Below are positions 1 through 14,149 of a stretch of DNA of 64,000 nt, piece by piece (position 1 is the first letter of the stretch; the number at the start of each line of letters is the position of its first letter). The stretch comes from Bispira polyomma (Eukaryota). The notes under the pieces are model-generated. The model was not told where the DNA came from, searched no databases, and saw only the letters and a program-made list of their open reading frames with translations. A program made the position numbers and the translations under genes. The stretch lies in the NCBI GenBank assembly GCA_965649765.1, contig OZ287754.1, forward strand, positions 35,340,001 to 35,404,000. The letters run 5' to 3'.

Positions 1-669
1 TTTGTGTTAAAGTTACGTCATTTTGACAAAGGTGCAGTCGATTGTGATGTTTTGTGACGATTTTGTGATGATGTTGTTACTTGTACACACGTAGCGAGAG
101 AAAAAAAACAAAGACTTTACAGGTAGGATATCCCTACCTACCAGTACCTAGATTTACTGTATGCTATTTACGGCTGTGTTCTGGTGCGTTTTGCTACTTA
201 GTGAAACATTCCACGACGAAAATAGACGAGTGGAGACGATCTCATTACTTACTGCTACATTATGCTACTTATACAGACGAGTGAAGAAACGGAGAGCTCT
301 GTTACGATTATTTCAAACAGTTTGAAATAATAGTGGCAGCAGACCAAACGGAGACGTTTCTAGAAGGATATCATCCGTTAACCAACATCCCAGGACGAAC
401 GCACCAGAGATCCTCACTTTTGCATTACCTTCTACTATGTTTGTACTAAGTTTCAAAACAATTCATAACGTCACACACACGTAGCTCCAGTACATGTAGG
501 TGTGACTGGGCTATTACACTGTGGTTGAGTTAGAGTATAGTCACCAAAACTTTGCTGACTAAAATTGTGAGACTCAGTAGGATTTAGTACTGGGATACTG
601 GTAGAACAACCTGGGTTAATCTAGTTCATCTGTTGTCCTGGTTGATAATTCTGGGCAAACTGTGAGGTA

Positions 670-1382
670 TTATACACTGGTTGGAAGAATTGTCTTGAAG
701 TTCAGTTGCAATAATCTTTCATTGTGGATCATTGAAGTTCTCAGATACACTTTTTGAAATTCCTGAGACTGCTTGAGGTTAGCTTTACAACGTAACACAT
801 CAATTTTGTCCTGTTTGTTGCAAAGTTTAATTTTATAGACACCTTTTCTACTATCATGTTGTGGTGTACGCATCACTCGGACAATGCTCTTGTTTCCACA
901 TCCTTTTGCATTAAGAAGTCTCTTTGCCAACAAGTTATCTTCCTTACTGGAATATCTTGGCATATTTATTGCCACAAGTGTAATCTCTGGATTAAATGGG
1001 TAATCTACAATGCCACTGAGTTGACCAAGTTTTTCACCAATCTGATCTTGAGACATTTGAATATACTGTATCTCTTTTTCATGATTATTAACCTGTGATG
1101 CACTTTCTGGATTCTTTTTATAATCATATCCTGTTTGCTATTCACCTAATGTAATTCCATTGTTATATTAGTAAGTTTAGTGCATATCACTTCAAATAAC
1201 TGTCTATCACTCCTGCCTTCAGTCTGTCTCATCCCAAAAGTTTCTTTACTGAATGCAATGCCTGTATCAGAGAGGGTGTCAGAGTCATTTCCAGTGTCAC
1301 CCATGTTTATTTTCTTGGAATCTAAAGGGCTTGGAGTTTCTCCAATTATGGCCTTTCTTTTTCCAGTGTCCTCAGTTGTCAT
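670..1382 (-). pseudogene. Decayed non-LTR retrotransposon ORF1 (CR1/L2-type)
   Basis: ORFs 1146-1382 and 670-1056. N-terminal KRK..ETPSP..KK segment, then RRM-like ...VYKIKLCNKQDKIDVLRCKANLK...KVYLRTSM..NERL, as recalled for CR1/L2-group ORF1p. Frame is broken. Confidence 0.55.
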
Positions 1383-1570
1383 AATAATGTCTTATTAAAC
1401 AACACAAGATTTGACCCCAAAGCACTTAAAAGCCAAGGTGCTTTCCTTGATACAGGGTTGCCAAATAAATAAAACCTCCCCTTTCACTTGCTTTTTTTTC
1501 TTCTGTCAAACTTGAACAGTTCTACACGCAAGCCAATTAATACATACAGATTCAATTGATAAAATGCCAC

Positions 1571-1820
1571 GGGGGCCACGGTGGCCTAGTAGTTAGCAAG
1601 CATTGAGCTTCACAATCACTGGTCTCTCACCTCTGGGGGGCATGAGTCCCGTCGATGCCTATGTGGGAAAGGTGGTAGTTCCTTACTGTGGGCCGCTGGT
1701 TTCAGTGCAGAACCTTGACCGACTGTATGCAGTGTTTCCTCCAGCGTTTCCAACTACCCGTCCCAATATAACCTACTAAAAGGTACTAGAGTGGACGTTA
1801 AATATCCAAATTTAAATTCA
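1571..1820 (+). mobile_element. tRNA-derived SINE with 17-bp TSD
   Basis: Starts GGGGGCCACGGTGGCCTAGTAG (A-box-like), degenerate B box, central TATGTGGGAAAG...GGTTTC...GTTTCCTCCA block, AT-rich tail. Flanked by AATTGATAAAATGCCAC (1554-1570) and AATTGACAAAATGCCAC (1821-1837). Confidence 0.8.
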
Positions 1821-2167
1821 AATTGACAAAATGCCACCTATTTTTAGGACCTATACTTAGTGTGTCCTAGGCACTGATTATTCAATATACATATTGAATA
1901 GATGTCACCTTGAAATTTTAGCACAAACTTGTCCACTAATCCTGTGCTGTCATATATTAATAGTATAAAATTCCACTTTTATCCACAGTTTCTAGATTAA
2001 ATATGTTCATAATAATAATCCACACGGTAGAATGTTCTTTCTGATATAAATGATATATTTGTTTCTTTTTCAAAAACTACTTTAAAACTCAATTATATAC
2101 AGAGCCTGTTTTTTTCTGTCTGCACACACCAAAAGCACACATACGTAATCATGTCCTGTAAACGATT

Positions 2168-2449
2168 AAGTGTATACATAATTTTGTTTATGTTCAGATG
2201 TAACATCTTCATGACTTGTAAACCATTGTAGTGTATGTGTAATTGTACTTTTATGTTTAGAGGTATGTAATGTATTCATGGCTTGTAAACCATTGTAGTG
2301 TATATGTAATTGTGTTTTATGTTCAGATGTATGTAATGTATTCATGGCTTGTAAACCATTGCAGTGTATATATAATGTATTTTTGTGTTCAGATGTAATA
2401 TATTCATGTCTTGTAAACCCCCCAAAAATCAATAAAAAAAAAAAAAAAA
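2168..2449 (+). repeat. About 4 tandem units of ~57-61 bp ending in AATAAA/poly(A); probable retroposed 3' end
   Basis: Repeated TTCATG(G/A)CTTGTAAACCATTG..GTGTAT..TAAT..TTTATGTTCAGATGTA, followed by an A-run up to 2449. Confidence 0.7.
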
Positions 2450-4420
2450 TCTCAACTACATAGACAATTTTGGGATGCCTACAGTGACTGATAAGTCGTA
2501 TAAAAAAGACACAGAGAAATGCACGGTTTCTATCCTGGTTGAAAAACTAAAACAGATATCAAAAATGGTGAAAGAATGGAAAGATAAAAAACAGTGCACA
2601 TAACGTCAATTTCAGTCGGTATTGGGTATGCTTTTATATATCTACAAATGTTCCAAACCTGCCAGATTCTCCCTTAAAAGAATGTTGGAAGTGCTCAGAA
2701 CCTCTCACAATAGCACAAAAATCAAATCAACTGATGATATTCATAGAGACCTGGCCTAGTTTGATAAATTTTGGCAGTATATAATGGACTTTCATGTATA
2801 ATCACAAACCAGTTCACTGCATACTGGAGTTAGATGCTTGTCTAACAGGATTAGGAGGCAGGTGGGACAATTTGGTGTACCAGTTAGACATCCCTAGAGG
2901 ACAGAAGGGATTGGGTATAGCATATCTTGAAATGGTGAACATTTTACTGGCTGCAAGGTTATTCCAGGGGCATTAGAAAGAAAAATGGGTTTTGGTAAAA
3001 TGCGACAACGACGCTGTGGTTAAGGTACTAAATGTGGAAAAACAAGCGATCCATTTCTGGCAGCATGCGCCAGAAATATCTGACATCTGGCAGCAGCAGC
3101 AGATATTGAGAATTTCAGTATGTCCATGTGATGGGTTAAAATAATAGGGTAGCAGATTTACTATCCCGATGGGAAGGTAGTCATGCCAATCAATTGAATT
3201 GTGTCAGTTAATAGTAAATCCAGTGTGGTGCTCAGTCTCTAGTGTTATGTTAGAGCTAGACAATAAAATGTAAGTAATATACAGTGCTACCAGGATGTTA
3301 TGTTTTGTTCGTCAGGTGACAAGTCAAGCAGAGACTGCACATTCAAGCCTGTGGGAGGATTCAGATCGCCTTCAGACCCAAAACACAGCAAAGTTATACA
3401 GCAATGTGCAGAACGTTTGTGGCATTTTGCTTGTATGTAAAGGTAGAGTTAAAAGACACTGTTAAACTTAAAGTCGACAAAAAAGTTAAAGCCACCTTAG
3501 GCCAAGTGTTAAGGTCATCTTACAGTTCACAGTAAAGTATAACTGAATAAATGTAAAAGTCAACATATACGTAAACATTAAGGCCACCTTAGGCCACTGT
3601 TTAAGACAACCTTAAATTGATGTAATATAGTTACTCAAGTTAAGGTCCACTTAAAGTGTACTGTATTAACCTGTGATTAAGGTCAACTTAAAAACGTAAC
3701 AAATATTGTACAGATACTAACAGACCTGTTGTCAAGGTCAACTTGATGTTAAATGTGAAATATACTTGTGCATAACTGTATGGAAATGTACATACATTAT
3801 AGTTTCAGACTTATTATATAATAAACTCAGTATGCACAAGGAGGTCTTTCCATGTCTTGGGTTGGGTTTATAGGGGACTGAGGCGCTCAGGCACTTCATT
3901 CGCATTCAACAAGGATTTGTAATTGCAAAGCATCCAGGCACATGGTGGCTGGAAAAGCCAAGCCATATGGTACTACTTAGAATCCACCCCAGAAGTATCA
4001 GATTCAGTGACAAATACATTTAAAATATACATTACTACAACATTATTGGGTTTGGGAACTATTTTGTAAATAATTAACAACAATAATTTTATAGAGAATA
4101 GCTGAATGTTTAAACTTGTTTTTGTAGTATTAATAAAATGCCCAAAAGTGTAAATTCATTATTGTCTTAATTTATAAAGTACAACTAAGTCGAAGTATGA
4201 CTTTAAGCGTCAAATCATAACATAGTATAACATATTACTGAAATGCGGAATTGGTCAAGAGCTGGAATATAGCGTGAGCTTAGGAATTTTGACTTTGTAG
4301 ACTGAGATGCTGTGTGGACATATTTAGAATCCACCTCGAATGCTGCAACTATCATACCAGATACGCTTGCAGCAATCACTTCCCAATCTTTTTAGTTTTG
4401 GCCTTGGCATTTAAAAAATA
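2450..4420 (+). mobile_element. Decayed Ngaro/DIRS-group YR retrotransposon (RT end, RNase H, YR pieces)
   Basis: LNYIDNF at ~2451; RNase H ELDACLTGLGG...IAYLEMVNILLAARLF...KCDNDAVV (2794-3270); YR start AFRPKTQQSY (~3370); YR C-terminus LRRSGTSFAFN...HGGWKSQAIWYYLESTP (~3870-3990). Many stops and frameshifts. Confidence 0.85.
3457..3760. repeat. Array of degenerate TTAAGG(T/C)CACCTTAA palindromes; probable non-autonomous DNA transposon inserted in YR
   Basis: Multiple AAGGCCACCTT/AAGGTCAACTT motifs. Begins CACTGTTAAA and interrupts the YR reading frame. Similar arrays at 24433-24800 and 41510-41900. Confidence 0.55.
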
Positions 4421-4639
4421 TGTACATATATATACACAAATTCTAACAAATTTTGTTAATATAATTCTTTAAAAAGACATTGGCATCTAAGAGACCAAAC
4501 AATAAATATTGTTGGTCTAATAAATGGTCTAATAAGGTTTAGCTTTTAAGCCAAAGCTACTCAATTTATCACTCCCAAAATAAAGAAGATATCAATGCAT
4601 AGTGATATGTGAAGTATTCTATAATAAGGTATAAAGACA

Positions 4640-6700
4640 TAATTCAGCAAGTCAGACACAAAATAAGTGATGTCTAGATGATCAGTTATTGTATGTCAAA
4701 ATTTGTCAACATAGAAAAAACAAAAACACACACAGAAATAAAAGGCACATAAGATAAGATATGTCATGACATGAAAGAAACAGTAACATCAGATACAGAT
4801 GTTATACACATCAGACGAAATAACAAATAACAACAGATGTTATAGCATACACAACAAGGAACACAAGCAGGAATACAAAACAATACACACAAACAAATGT
4901 ACAGACATTTGTGAAAACAATCAAAACACATTAACAAGAAATAACAGAAGTAACACAACATCACTTATGACAGATAACAGTCAAAACATGTGTCTTCTGG
5001 TATTTCTACTCTACTAAAATTTATTGTAAACGAGACTGGGAAAGTAGACTCACAGGACTATAATAACGATATGACAAAGGACACACAACTAACAAGTAAA
5101 AATAGGGAACATATTTTTATTCCTTTTGACAACATATGTTACCCATTTAGAGGAACAGACAAGTAGTGACAATTGGCAATTATGAGACATTACAAGAAGT
5201 TAGTGATATAATTAAGAACACAGGTGTAGATTATTATCAGGCAGCTACAATACCAATTAACTCAGGAATGAAGGTTAATAATTGAAAAAAAACTACAATG
5301 ACCGGCTAGTATTGCAGTATCTAGAGTTCCATAATAGGGCCATACACGTGTGGTCTCTGTGGCCTAGTGTGTCAGACTTTGGATCTCAGGTATCTTGAGA
5401 GCCAGGGTACAATCCTTGCCTGCAGGCCTCGAGATGGTACCATTGGACAAGGTGCTTTACACAAAAATTGTCCCTCTCTACCCAGGTATATAATTGAGTA
5501 CCTGACTGCTAATGGGTGTTAGTCTTTGTGTGCCGCATGTGCCAGCACCGCTAGTATGCTCCCTGAGGGAGCTGAGACTGAACAATTGTTGACAAGTGAA
5601 AGAACCCAGGCTGGGGTAATAATTTGTAGTGTCAGTGATTATCTTTAGATAGATATTGGCACATTAAATACTACAATTATTATTAATTACTGAGGATATT
5701 CACCAGGAGTGTCATTGTTGGCCACTGTTGACGAGATCAAAAGATAACAACCAAATATGTTTAATTATAAATTTATCACACTCAAGAGGTTTTTTTTTCA
5801 TCAATGATTGTACTAATAAAGACATTTATGACAATATACGGTTCAATTTGAAACTACCTACCATTGACTAAATAGTGAGACATATATAAGATTCGGAAAG
5901 AATGATATGTTTGGGAAGGTGGACGTGGCTCATACCTTAAGAAACCTGAGTGTGGACCCTTATGACAATCTAAAACTGGGATATCAATGGAAAAATAAAC
6001 ATTATGTTGATCTGAGTTGGAAGTACGGTCTGACACACGGAATGGCCATGTTTATGCGAGTTTCAGACACAGTAACGCATATTATAAAATAACATGGATA
6101 TCAAGTATTTAATTATATTGAAGACTTTGTGATCTGCGAAAGTGAAGATAAGGCTACCCTAGCTAACGATTTCTTACTAAATGAACTTGGTTTACCCATT
6201 AATATGAAGAAACTGTTATCTTCGAATAAAGGGTAACACGCATGGGAATAACTTTAAGTACTTTAACTATAGATGAAGAAAAAATAATGTCAATATACGA
6301 CATTTGCATACACTCAAGTAACCTTGGGGAAGTCAGAAAGAGTAAATATCAATTGCTGCTGGGGAGGCTTTTTATATACACTGCTGTATCAAGCCTTCAA
6401 GTATATTTATGAGTCATATGCTAAAACTACTATAAGGTCACACAAGTCAAAAGGTAATATATTTAACACATTAATTCAAAACATATTTGAATTGGTTTAT
6501 TAAATTTGTATTACAATTCAACTGTACCACTACTTGAATGTAAACAAAACAAACATGAGGTCTTGCTGCAGGTCAACGCATATCCTTTGAAGGAGATATT
6601 TGTGACAAAGATATGTTCGCAGGTCCACCTCCGTTATTTATTAAGCACCTAACACATATCTTAACCTCAGAGATCACACCTAACATTTCTAAGGGACTAG
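4640..6700 (+). mobile_element. Decayed DIRS/Ngaro-group pol (second family, AC-rich N-terminal extension)
   Basis: DIIKNTGVDYYQAATIPINSGM (~5205); RT GKVDVAHTLRNLSVDPYD...YVDLSWKYGLTHGMAMFMRVSD...FNYIEDF (5907-6130). Related to 61640-62870. Interrupted by a SINE. Confidence 0.75.
5345..5690 (+). mobile_element. CORE-type SINE with L2-like tail
   Basis: A-box TGGCCTAGTG; CORE-like TTGGACAAGGTGCTTTACAC...CTCTCTACCCAGGTATATAATTGAGTACC; tail ending in (ATT)n. Sits inside a DIRS RT. Confidence 0.7.
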
Positions 6701-9469
6701 TGATTACATACAATTTGTAGAAATCTTGACCTTCGTATGGACCAGTACATTACTCACTAATATTCACAGATAAAGTAATTATGACAGGTTCAAGTGAGAC
6801 ATTCGAATTTCTGTACTTGTATTAGTATCTTTAAGAATTGTTCCCGACATTTTATTTTAACCCAACTCAAAATTAAGTGTAATGTCATGCTAAAACAATT
6901 AGTCACATTCTCAGCTAGTATTTACGTCATTTAAAACTAGTCGTGCAAGTTATTATGTAATTTAGTAATTAGCATAGTCTGTTATTCTGAAAATTGATGA
7001 CGTCACCGTAAACTTTATTTTCTCATATTCAACATTGTGTTATTGGCTTATCTTAGTTTTGAAGACTGGATTAAAGGTCATGAATTAATGACAAGTACAG
7101 CGGTATTTTGCATACAGTGCTCATTATTTAGACCTCACAGCACACTTGTTGTAGGAAGTAAATGACATGTTAGCAAACAAAGGGAAAATATGGCTAACCT
7201 TAATGAAGTAAGTCAGAACTTACTCTCAGACAATAGAATAAAACAACATTTACACATAAAAACTATATATACACAAATTGGGGTCACATGTGAATTCAAT
7301 TGGTAAAATTTCTGTGCAAATTAACAAATAAGCATGTACACATTTAAAAACCGATAAAAAATAATACAATACATTACATTGTCGGGAGAATAAGTGACAA
7401 CACAGAAGCAATTGAAGACTTTGAAGAACAAGCTAATTATTTGTAGGAGTGACCATCCGTTGCTAGGACAATGGAAGGTTCATTAACCACCAAATTAGAT
7501 CTCATGACCAAGGGCTCTGCTATTGGAATGTCTGTTGAGTAGGTGTCTTTTTCAAAGTGTCATGACTCTGTAATTAGATCCTTCCGGTTGACACACGAAG
7601 CCTTAGTTGGCAATTAGTTTACTCCACAGACAACAACACAGATAACCTTTCAGAAAATGCAGCTCAAGTTAAGTCCATGTCCATAACAAGCAGTTTGGGA
7701 AGAGACTTGCTATGATGTTTTTTATAATACTATGAAAAGACAGAAATGTGCTGTCATATGCTGTCATTAAATTACATTCTATTACAGAATGTGTTATGTA
7801 CACTGTATTAAGATTTTCTCATAGTTAAGACGTTCCTGCTTCATTTCAATGTCTGTACTACTTCGAAATTTGTAAATAGCTTCAATTTATTAAAGATCCT
7901 TTACAAAAAAGTGATGCATTGTCCTCATGGGCTGTAATCATAAACAAAGTTGCTATTTCATGCAAAATTCATTTAAAAGCCAAAGCCGAACACAGAATGC
8001 ATTTTGAAGTTTCTTATACTTTTTCCCAGGGGCGTTTGTCAAATTATTCAATAAAGCTCAAAGTGATGCCGATAATTGAGAAAGTCTCTGATTATGGCAG
8101 AGACCAGGCATTGCTTAAGCTACAAAAAGCTGGATTTGTATTTTTGAAATGGAAATCTCTACGTCTACTTTAAAAACTATCCTGTTTACTGTACATGCAT
8201 ATTTATGATATAATTAATTTTGAATGATTGCTGTCATATACATATGATACACTAGGGGTATACTTTCTCAAACTGATATGACCTCAAGTGGTATATATCT
8301 CCATTGGGTCTCTCAAACCACTTATATTCTCACAAAGTAGTTAAATTTGAATTTAGTTAGCATTACTATAAAAAAATTAGGTCATTTCACGATGGCTAGA
8401 TTCAATAGTGGAGGAAATTAATGCTAAAGCATGGTAAACTACCGACCTATGACAAAATAAGGAAAGGAATGAGATTCAAATTCACATTGCTGAAAGGCTA
8501 GTAATTGTGAAGCAGGTGCCAGTGTTGAGTGGGAAATAGGTTCTCGCAAAGAAAAACTATATTTTAATATGTTAAGTCACATAAAGCCCAACTAACTTAA
8601 AATTCCCCTTTAAGCAGCTGCTAACAACCCGAGCTTTTAACCGGTACTTCAACCTGAATTTGTCAATTATTTATTCAAATGCTGGGGATCGTGTGATTAT
8701 TACTCACAATGACCTTTAAGTTCTGTAAGGTAAAAGATCAAAGTTCAGAGTGAAGGTTAAATGAAAGGTCGAGAAAAAAACTTTAAGATAATTTTTTTCT
8801 TAAAAGTTAGTACGACCCGAATTTGAGCACTAATCAGCGTCTGTTTACATGAAAAAGAAATGTAGTGATAATGAAAGAACATCTAAAATTGCCTTCAAAC
8901 CCCACAAGGAACACAATACTCAAGAAACACGCCAGAGGGCCTGATGTAAGGGATGGGTTTATAGCGTCTATAATAGATTCTGGCTACAAGGGTTCCCTGA
9001 TAATGAGGAGTTTTATGGCAGCCAAACTAATAGCTTGGATGATGGGGCTTTAAATGTGCTTTAAGCAGCAGTCTTGTGATTGCCGGGAAGCCCAGGTCTT
9101 ATTCTTGTTATATCCTATTAGGCCTAAAAGTGTACTCTTTATTATCAGGTTTCTCCATATCAATTTTTATAGGTTTGACTTAAGTCTGTAATAAACGTTT
9201 ACCATTTTTAATATATTGGTCAGATAATAGTTACTCTTTAGCATATTTATGGTAGTTACTAATAGCTAGAATAAGAATAGATGGAACTACATCAAACTGA
9301 TATATCATTGTCTTTAGACAATTAAATCCAATGAGTGTGGTTAACCCTTACAAGTACTCTAGTACTTGCCCAGATCTGTCGTATCTAAGTTAGGCACATA
9401 AATGACAGCTTCAGATTGATTTTTGGAGTAATAAACGAAACGCAAATATAAGCCAAAAATTGCGTTCAG

Positions 9470-12400
9470 GACACTGCGGCCATATTTTCATTATGTTTAA
9501 TTTGTATCTCTTCCGTTTCTTACGCATACTAAAATGCATAGCACGTGAGATTTGCTTCCTGCTTTCACCACGCATGTGACATTAATCATGTTTCTTTATA
9601 TGTTTGGTTAAGCTCTATATGTTTACCTCCCGCTTTGACCTACATTTTGATCACGTTAACCACATTCCAATTACGTTGCATTCATTTAATGGTGTGTGCC
9701 ACGTTCTAGGTATGCTTTCATTTCGCTTCAGACATCTGTTACGTCTTCATTTTGTCCTTTACATCACATATGCACTGATGACGTTTCATACATTTGCTGC
9801 TTGCAAGAAATGTTTCTTCAGCCATTTTTATGGGTTTCTGTACTCGGAGGTGTTACATAACTCCTTATAATTGTACTTCTAAATCTACTGTGATCATCAA
9901 CAATGGCTTTCCACTACATTATAAAGTAACTAGACGAAATGCAAAACACTATAATGCTTCAACTTTAAGCAATGACAAATATATTCAATATAGGCTTAGC
10001 AGTACCTGGAACAAGAAGGACAGCCTCAGAATGCCAGGAGAAGAAGACATAGGGCACATATGGCTACAAAGGAAATCACTTTTGGGATTTTATGAGCACC
10101 TTTTCATGGAGCTGGGGGTCGATGACCCAGCCAGTTATAGAAACTTTACTAGAATATATCTGCGCCTCGGGTAAAGGTTGCGAAAGAAGGTGGTAAATTT
10201 TAGGGCGAGACTTGAACCCGGTTTAATGGTGGCCATTATGCTGAGATACCTGCTAACTGGTTTAGACTACCAATCTCTGGCCTATAGGTTTCGTGTAGTA
10301 CATAACACAGTGCCTGTTGTTGTCCGGGAAGCTTGCCCTGCCATAGAGGCGGAATATTTGGATGAAGTTTTATTTGCTCTGGACACATTCCTGAGATAGA
10401 CAGACATTGCAGAAGTATTCTGGAAAAGATGGAACTTTTCTCATTGTATCGGAGCCCAAGATGGTAACCACATTGCCATAGTTAAACCCCTTACAGTGGA
10501 TCTAGGCTGGCTGTGGTGAATGTGGACTACAAGTTTATCTATTTTGATATTGGTGCCAATGGTTGCTTCTCTGATGCTGGGATAGGGAATGCCTCTGACT
10601 TGAAGCAATTCTTACAGGTTAACCTACTCGAGCTTTAAGAACGAAATCCTTTGCCGGGTGATAATAAACCGATGCCCTTTTTTCTGATCAGGGACGATGT
10701 GTTCGCCTTAGCCAAGTAAATGATGAAGCCATATGGTCATAAAGCACTTAGTCACAAACAGATGATTTTCAACTACCGCCTGTCCCTCGTCAGGAGAGTT
10801 GGAGAGAATGGTTTTGGGCTCCTTGTGAACAGGTTTAGGTGCCTTAATGGGAATTTATACAATTGACCAGAAGTAGCTTCTCTGATCACCACCGTTCTGC
10901 ATATTACATAACATTTGTAAAGTGAGGTATACCAGTGGGCATAATCCTTAATTGTTCAGCCGAGAAGATGCACAGCACAATGTAATACCAGGGCAGTGGC
11001 GAAATTGGGCAGCCTTGCAGGACATGGATGAGATACTACAGGGGAACATGTCAAACAAACAGGCCTAGGCTCAACGTGCCCTGCTGAAGTACATCACTAA
11101 GTACATCACAAGTATAAAAATATATATAATTAAATAATTGAAACCTCTGAGTTGGATTTAGAAGTATTACAACCACCCTCAATTGAAAATGAACTCTCTG
11201 TTTCCTCTACTAAGTACTTCGAATAGATGCAATGGGTATCACTAAAGATTATGGAAATCAAACCCATCCGTTAGGTGCCATCAATAGTGGGAGGTATTGG
11301 AAAGATAACTACTTGTCCCATAAGTCACAATTATCATTTGTTTCGATCAAGACGGTGAAGAGATGGAAGATATTGACAGTGACGCAGACTTTAAATCCCA
11401 TAGTTGGATAATGGATCAAAGACATGCTGTCACAGCTAGCCTCATGTTTCCACCATTTAGGAGAATGCGACTGATAATGTATAACTCTATTTACTGTTGC
11501 ATTTATTTATTATGTATTTGTTATTTATTTTCATTTATTTATAACGTTATTAATTGTTGTATTTATAGCTGCATTTGTAGATGACAGTGACTATGAAAGG
11601 TCAAGAGAAGATGACCACAGTGACCATAAGCAAGATATAGCACCATGTCATACAGCAATTTCACTCTACCATTTGCCTCGCGTGAAACCTGTCATTTAAA
11701 ACCTGCCATTTGAAACCTGTCATTCAAGCCTTAATAATTGGAGTAGGGAAGATCATGTTAAAATGGAATAGATGTAAGTTTATGTATAAGTTTATTAGTT
11801 TTTTCATTTATAGGTTTATTAATTTTCAGAAATGTTGGATAATGAAAAGAAGAAAAGTCTCCAAACTAGCATCCTGATTCAGACTCCGAGGTCTTCCAGC
11901 TTGCTTGCTGTTTCCATCAAAGGGTAATGCACTCCGCTGGGGCAGTGACCACTTTCCTCGAACAGAAAGAGGAAGAGTGGAAGAATTCAAGATGAAAGTG
12001 GACTAGGGTCCAAAGAAGACCATTGGCAGTTTGTAGAAGGAAGATCTTTTGCAATGTGTAAGTGTAATAGATGCAAGTATATTTATTTAAAGAATTATAA
12101 TGTAATATTACTTAATATTGCTAGCATACGCTCCACAAGCAATCTCCCAAGAGATGTTGGAGGCATTCTTGAGGGTGTCTGCTAGTTGGGAGAGCATGGC
12201 TCGTGAAATGGCAGGGTTTTTAACTTCGAGAATGTTTTGGATCTGGCCAGCAGCACACTGTGTGACTGACAATTCATCAAAAGAAACTCGCTTTTTGTTA
12301 ACACCAGATAGACAAAATCAAGTTAAAATAATGCCATATTTTTCTGTTTTTTGTATGTTATGTATTACTCAATGAATTTTTTGACAAATCCATATTGTTA

Positions 12401-13650
12401 CGTGCGAAAGTATGTAACAAAATTTCATATTTTTGTGGAACATTTTGAAACACACTTTCAAAAGAAATGGACTGTACATATGTATAAATTCAACAAAATA
12501 TGGATTTTGGCCTAAAAATAAACATATTAACTCACAACATTATAATTGAAAAAATAATGTATATAGGTACTTAAACTATTCATACATGTTTTGGATGTCA
12601 TTAATTTTATTTTCAATTATTTATTTTATTAAACACTTATATTTTAGCATTTTAGTCAAAATATGTGAAACAATTTTTAACAATGAAACAAAACTAAACA
12701 CAATACTTGCACAGGATAAAAAATTAAGCCAAAAAATGGTACACATGAAACAAATAAGCTGCCATTAACAATGTACTTTAAACAAAAAAATGTTCAGTTT
12801 GTCCCTACAACAAAACAACCCCCCCAAACGAGAGATGAGGTGATTGCCCACCGCATGTTATTTTAGCTAGTGAGCTTTTTCTCTAAATAGATAAACATAC
12901 AAAAATTGTTAGCCAAACAAACGTCTACTCCCACAAACAGCAGATCAACCATAAATAGAACTAAGCGTATGAAAAAAGGGTGGGTTGCAGCTTTGACAGA
13001 TTTTTTTGAAAGAGACATTTTGTTGCAGGCGTCATGGTATAATCTTGAGTTATTTTTTTTTATATACATTTAACCTGATACAATACCATTTCAGCTACAC
13101 GAAACAGCATAATTCTGTAAAATACAATAATACAATTTGACAATATAGGTAAACACACAAAAAAGAACCAATTACTACATTACTAGTACATTAATACTGG
13201 GTGACTAATAGTACCAAAGTAAAACATAAACTTTAGTCGACATAGGGGTTTTAGCTGGTTTTTTAGGAAAAATTTTGCTTTACAAAAAGTGAAATTAGGG
13301 AAACGTAACAAAAAACAAAAAGAGACGTTTCATACAGGTTTTTAACATGTTTTGGTAGCCATTTAAACCACGTTTCTGATGTTAGCCATGTGTTTATATG
13401 CGTTCCACACAATTCCCCTATGCATTTCATTACATTTTGATCTCATCATCTTATCTCATTTTAAAGTATGTGTCATACGTGTCCTATGTTCCCCCAACAC
13501 AGCAACCGCTTTAGTAGAAATTATCAACAATGACTTTCAACATAGCAGATTTTCAAGCTGTTCGAAATGTTAGATTTTCTATTTGTTTTTCTTATGTTTT
13601 ACTTATGCAAGCATACATTTATATACGTTGAATATGTGTGACCATAGCAA
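9470..13650 (+). mobile_element. PIF/Harbinger DNA transposon, decayed (ends approximate)
   Basis: Contains a Harbinger transposase pseudogene. Both ~9490-9870 and ~13330-13640 are rich in similar CGTTTC/TACG/CATT short motifs (subterminal-like). TIRs were not pinned down. Confidence 0.55.
9990..11090 (+). pseudogene. Harbinger (HARBI1-like, DDE_Tnp_4) transposase pseudogene
   Basis: ELGVDDPASYRNFTR; LEPGLMVAIMLRYLLTGLDYQSLAYRFRVVHNTV; WNFSHCIGAQDGNHIAI; YKFIYFDIGANGCFSDAGI; IFNYRLSLVRRVGENGFGLLVNRFRCL. Multiple stops and frameshifts. Confidence 0.9.
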
Positions 13651-14149
13651 GAAATGGTAGCTTTAGTATCAGTAATATTAACATACAAAGTATCTGTTAA
13701 CTGCAATTATTATAATTGATAAATTAGTATGGCGCCAGAATGTGCCCAGCACGACCACTACAGCGGTCTGCTGCGTCAGTTCTTAAACCACACCTTAAAT
13801 TTATATGTATAACGCTTTGTTGTGTCCTCTTCTGTTCATCCCCCCCATTACCTCCTAACCAATTACAAATTAACAATTCATGCATTAGGGTTTGTGGCCC
13901 CACTTTTAGGTGCCATATTGAAACTTGCAACCTACAAATAAACAGGTTAAAAGTTGGAAAGACTTTTTGAAGAGTTTTTACGTGTAATTTTAGTTTTTAG
14001 GTTTAATTTGTTTTTATATATTATACACACAGTATTTAACAACATGGGAAGAACTAAGTAAACTCCCAGTTGTGCTACTCAAATTAAAAGGAATACAATT
14101 AAGAAGACACAGAATCAAGGTCTAGTATCACCTGATCCCGCAGTTTGTA

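Noticed and set aside
1-420. Possible LTR end plus primer-binding site (AATAGTGGCAGCAG at ~328-341)
   Set aside because: No second LTR, no CA terminus and no gag/pol downstream in the window; cannot be supported.
4764-4964. Cys/hydrophobic-rich small ORFs (also 61683-61961)
   Set aside because: Antisense translations of AC-rich low-complexity retroelement sequence.
7889-8173. Possible TTAA-flanked (Kolobok/piggyBac-like) MITE
   Set aside because: TTAAAG...CTTTAA ends are present but the inverted repeats do not match convincingly.
8850-9150. Cluster of homeodomain-like sites (TTTTATGG, TAATGA) as a possible enhancer
   Set aside because: Such motifs are expected by chance in AT-rich DNA; no conservation data available.
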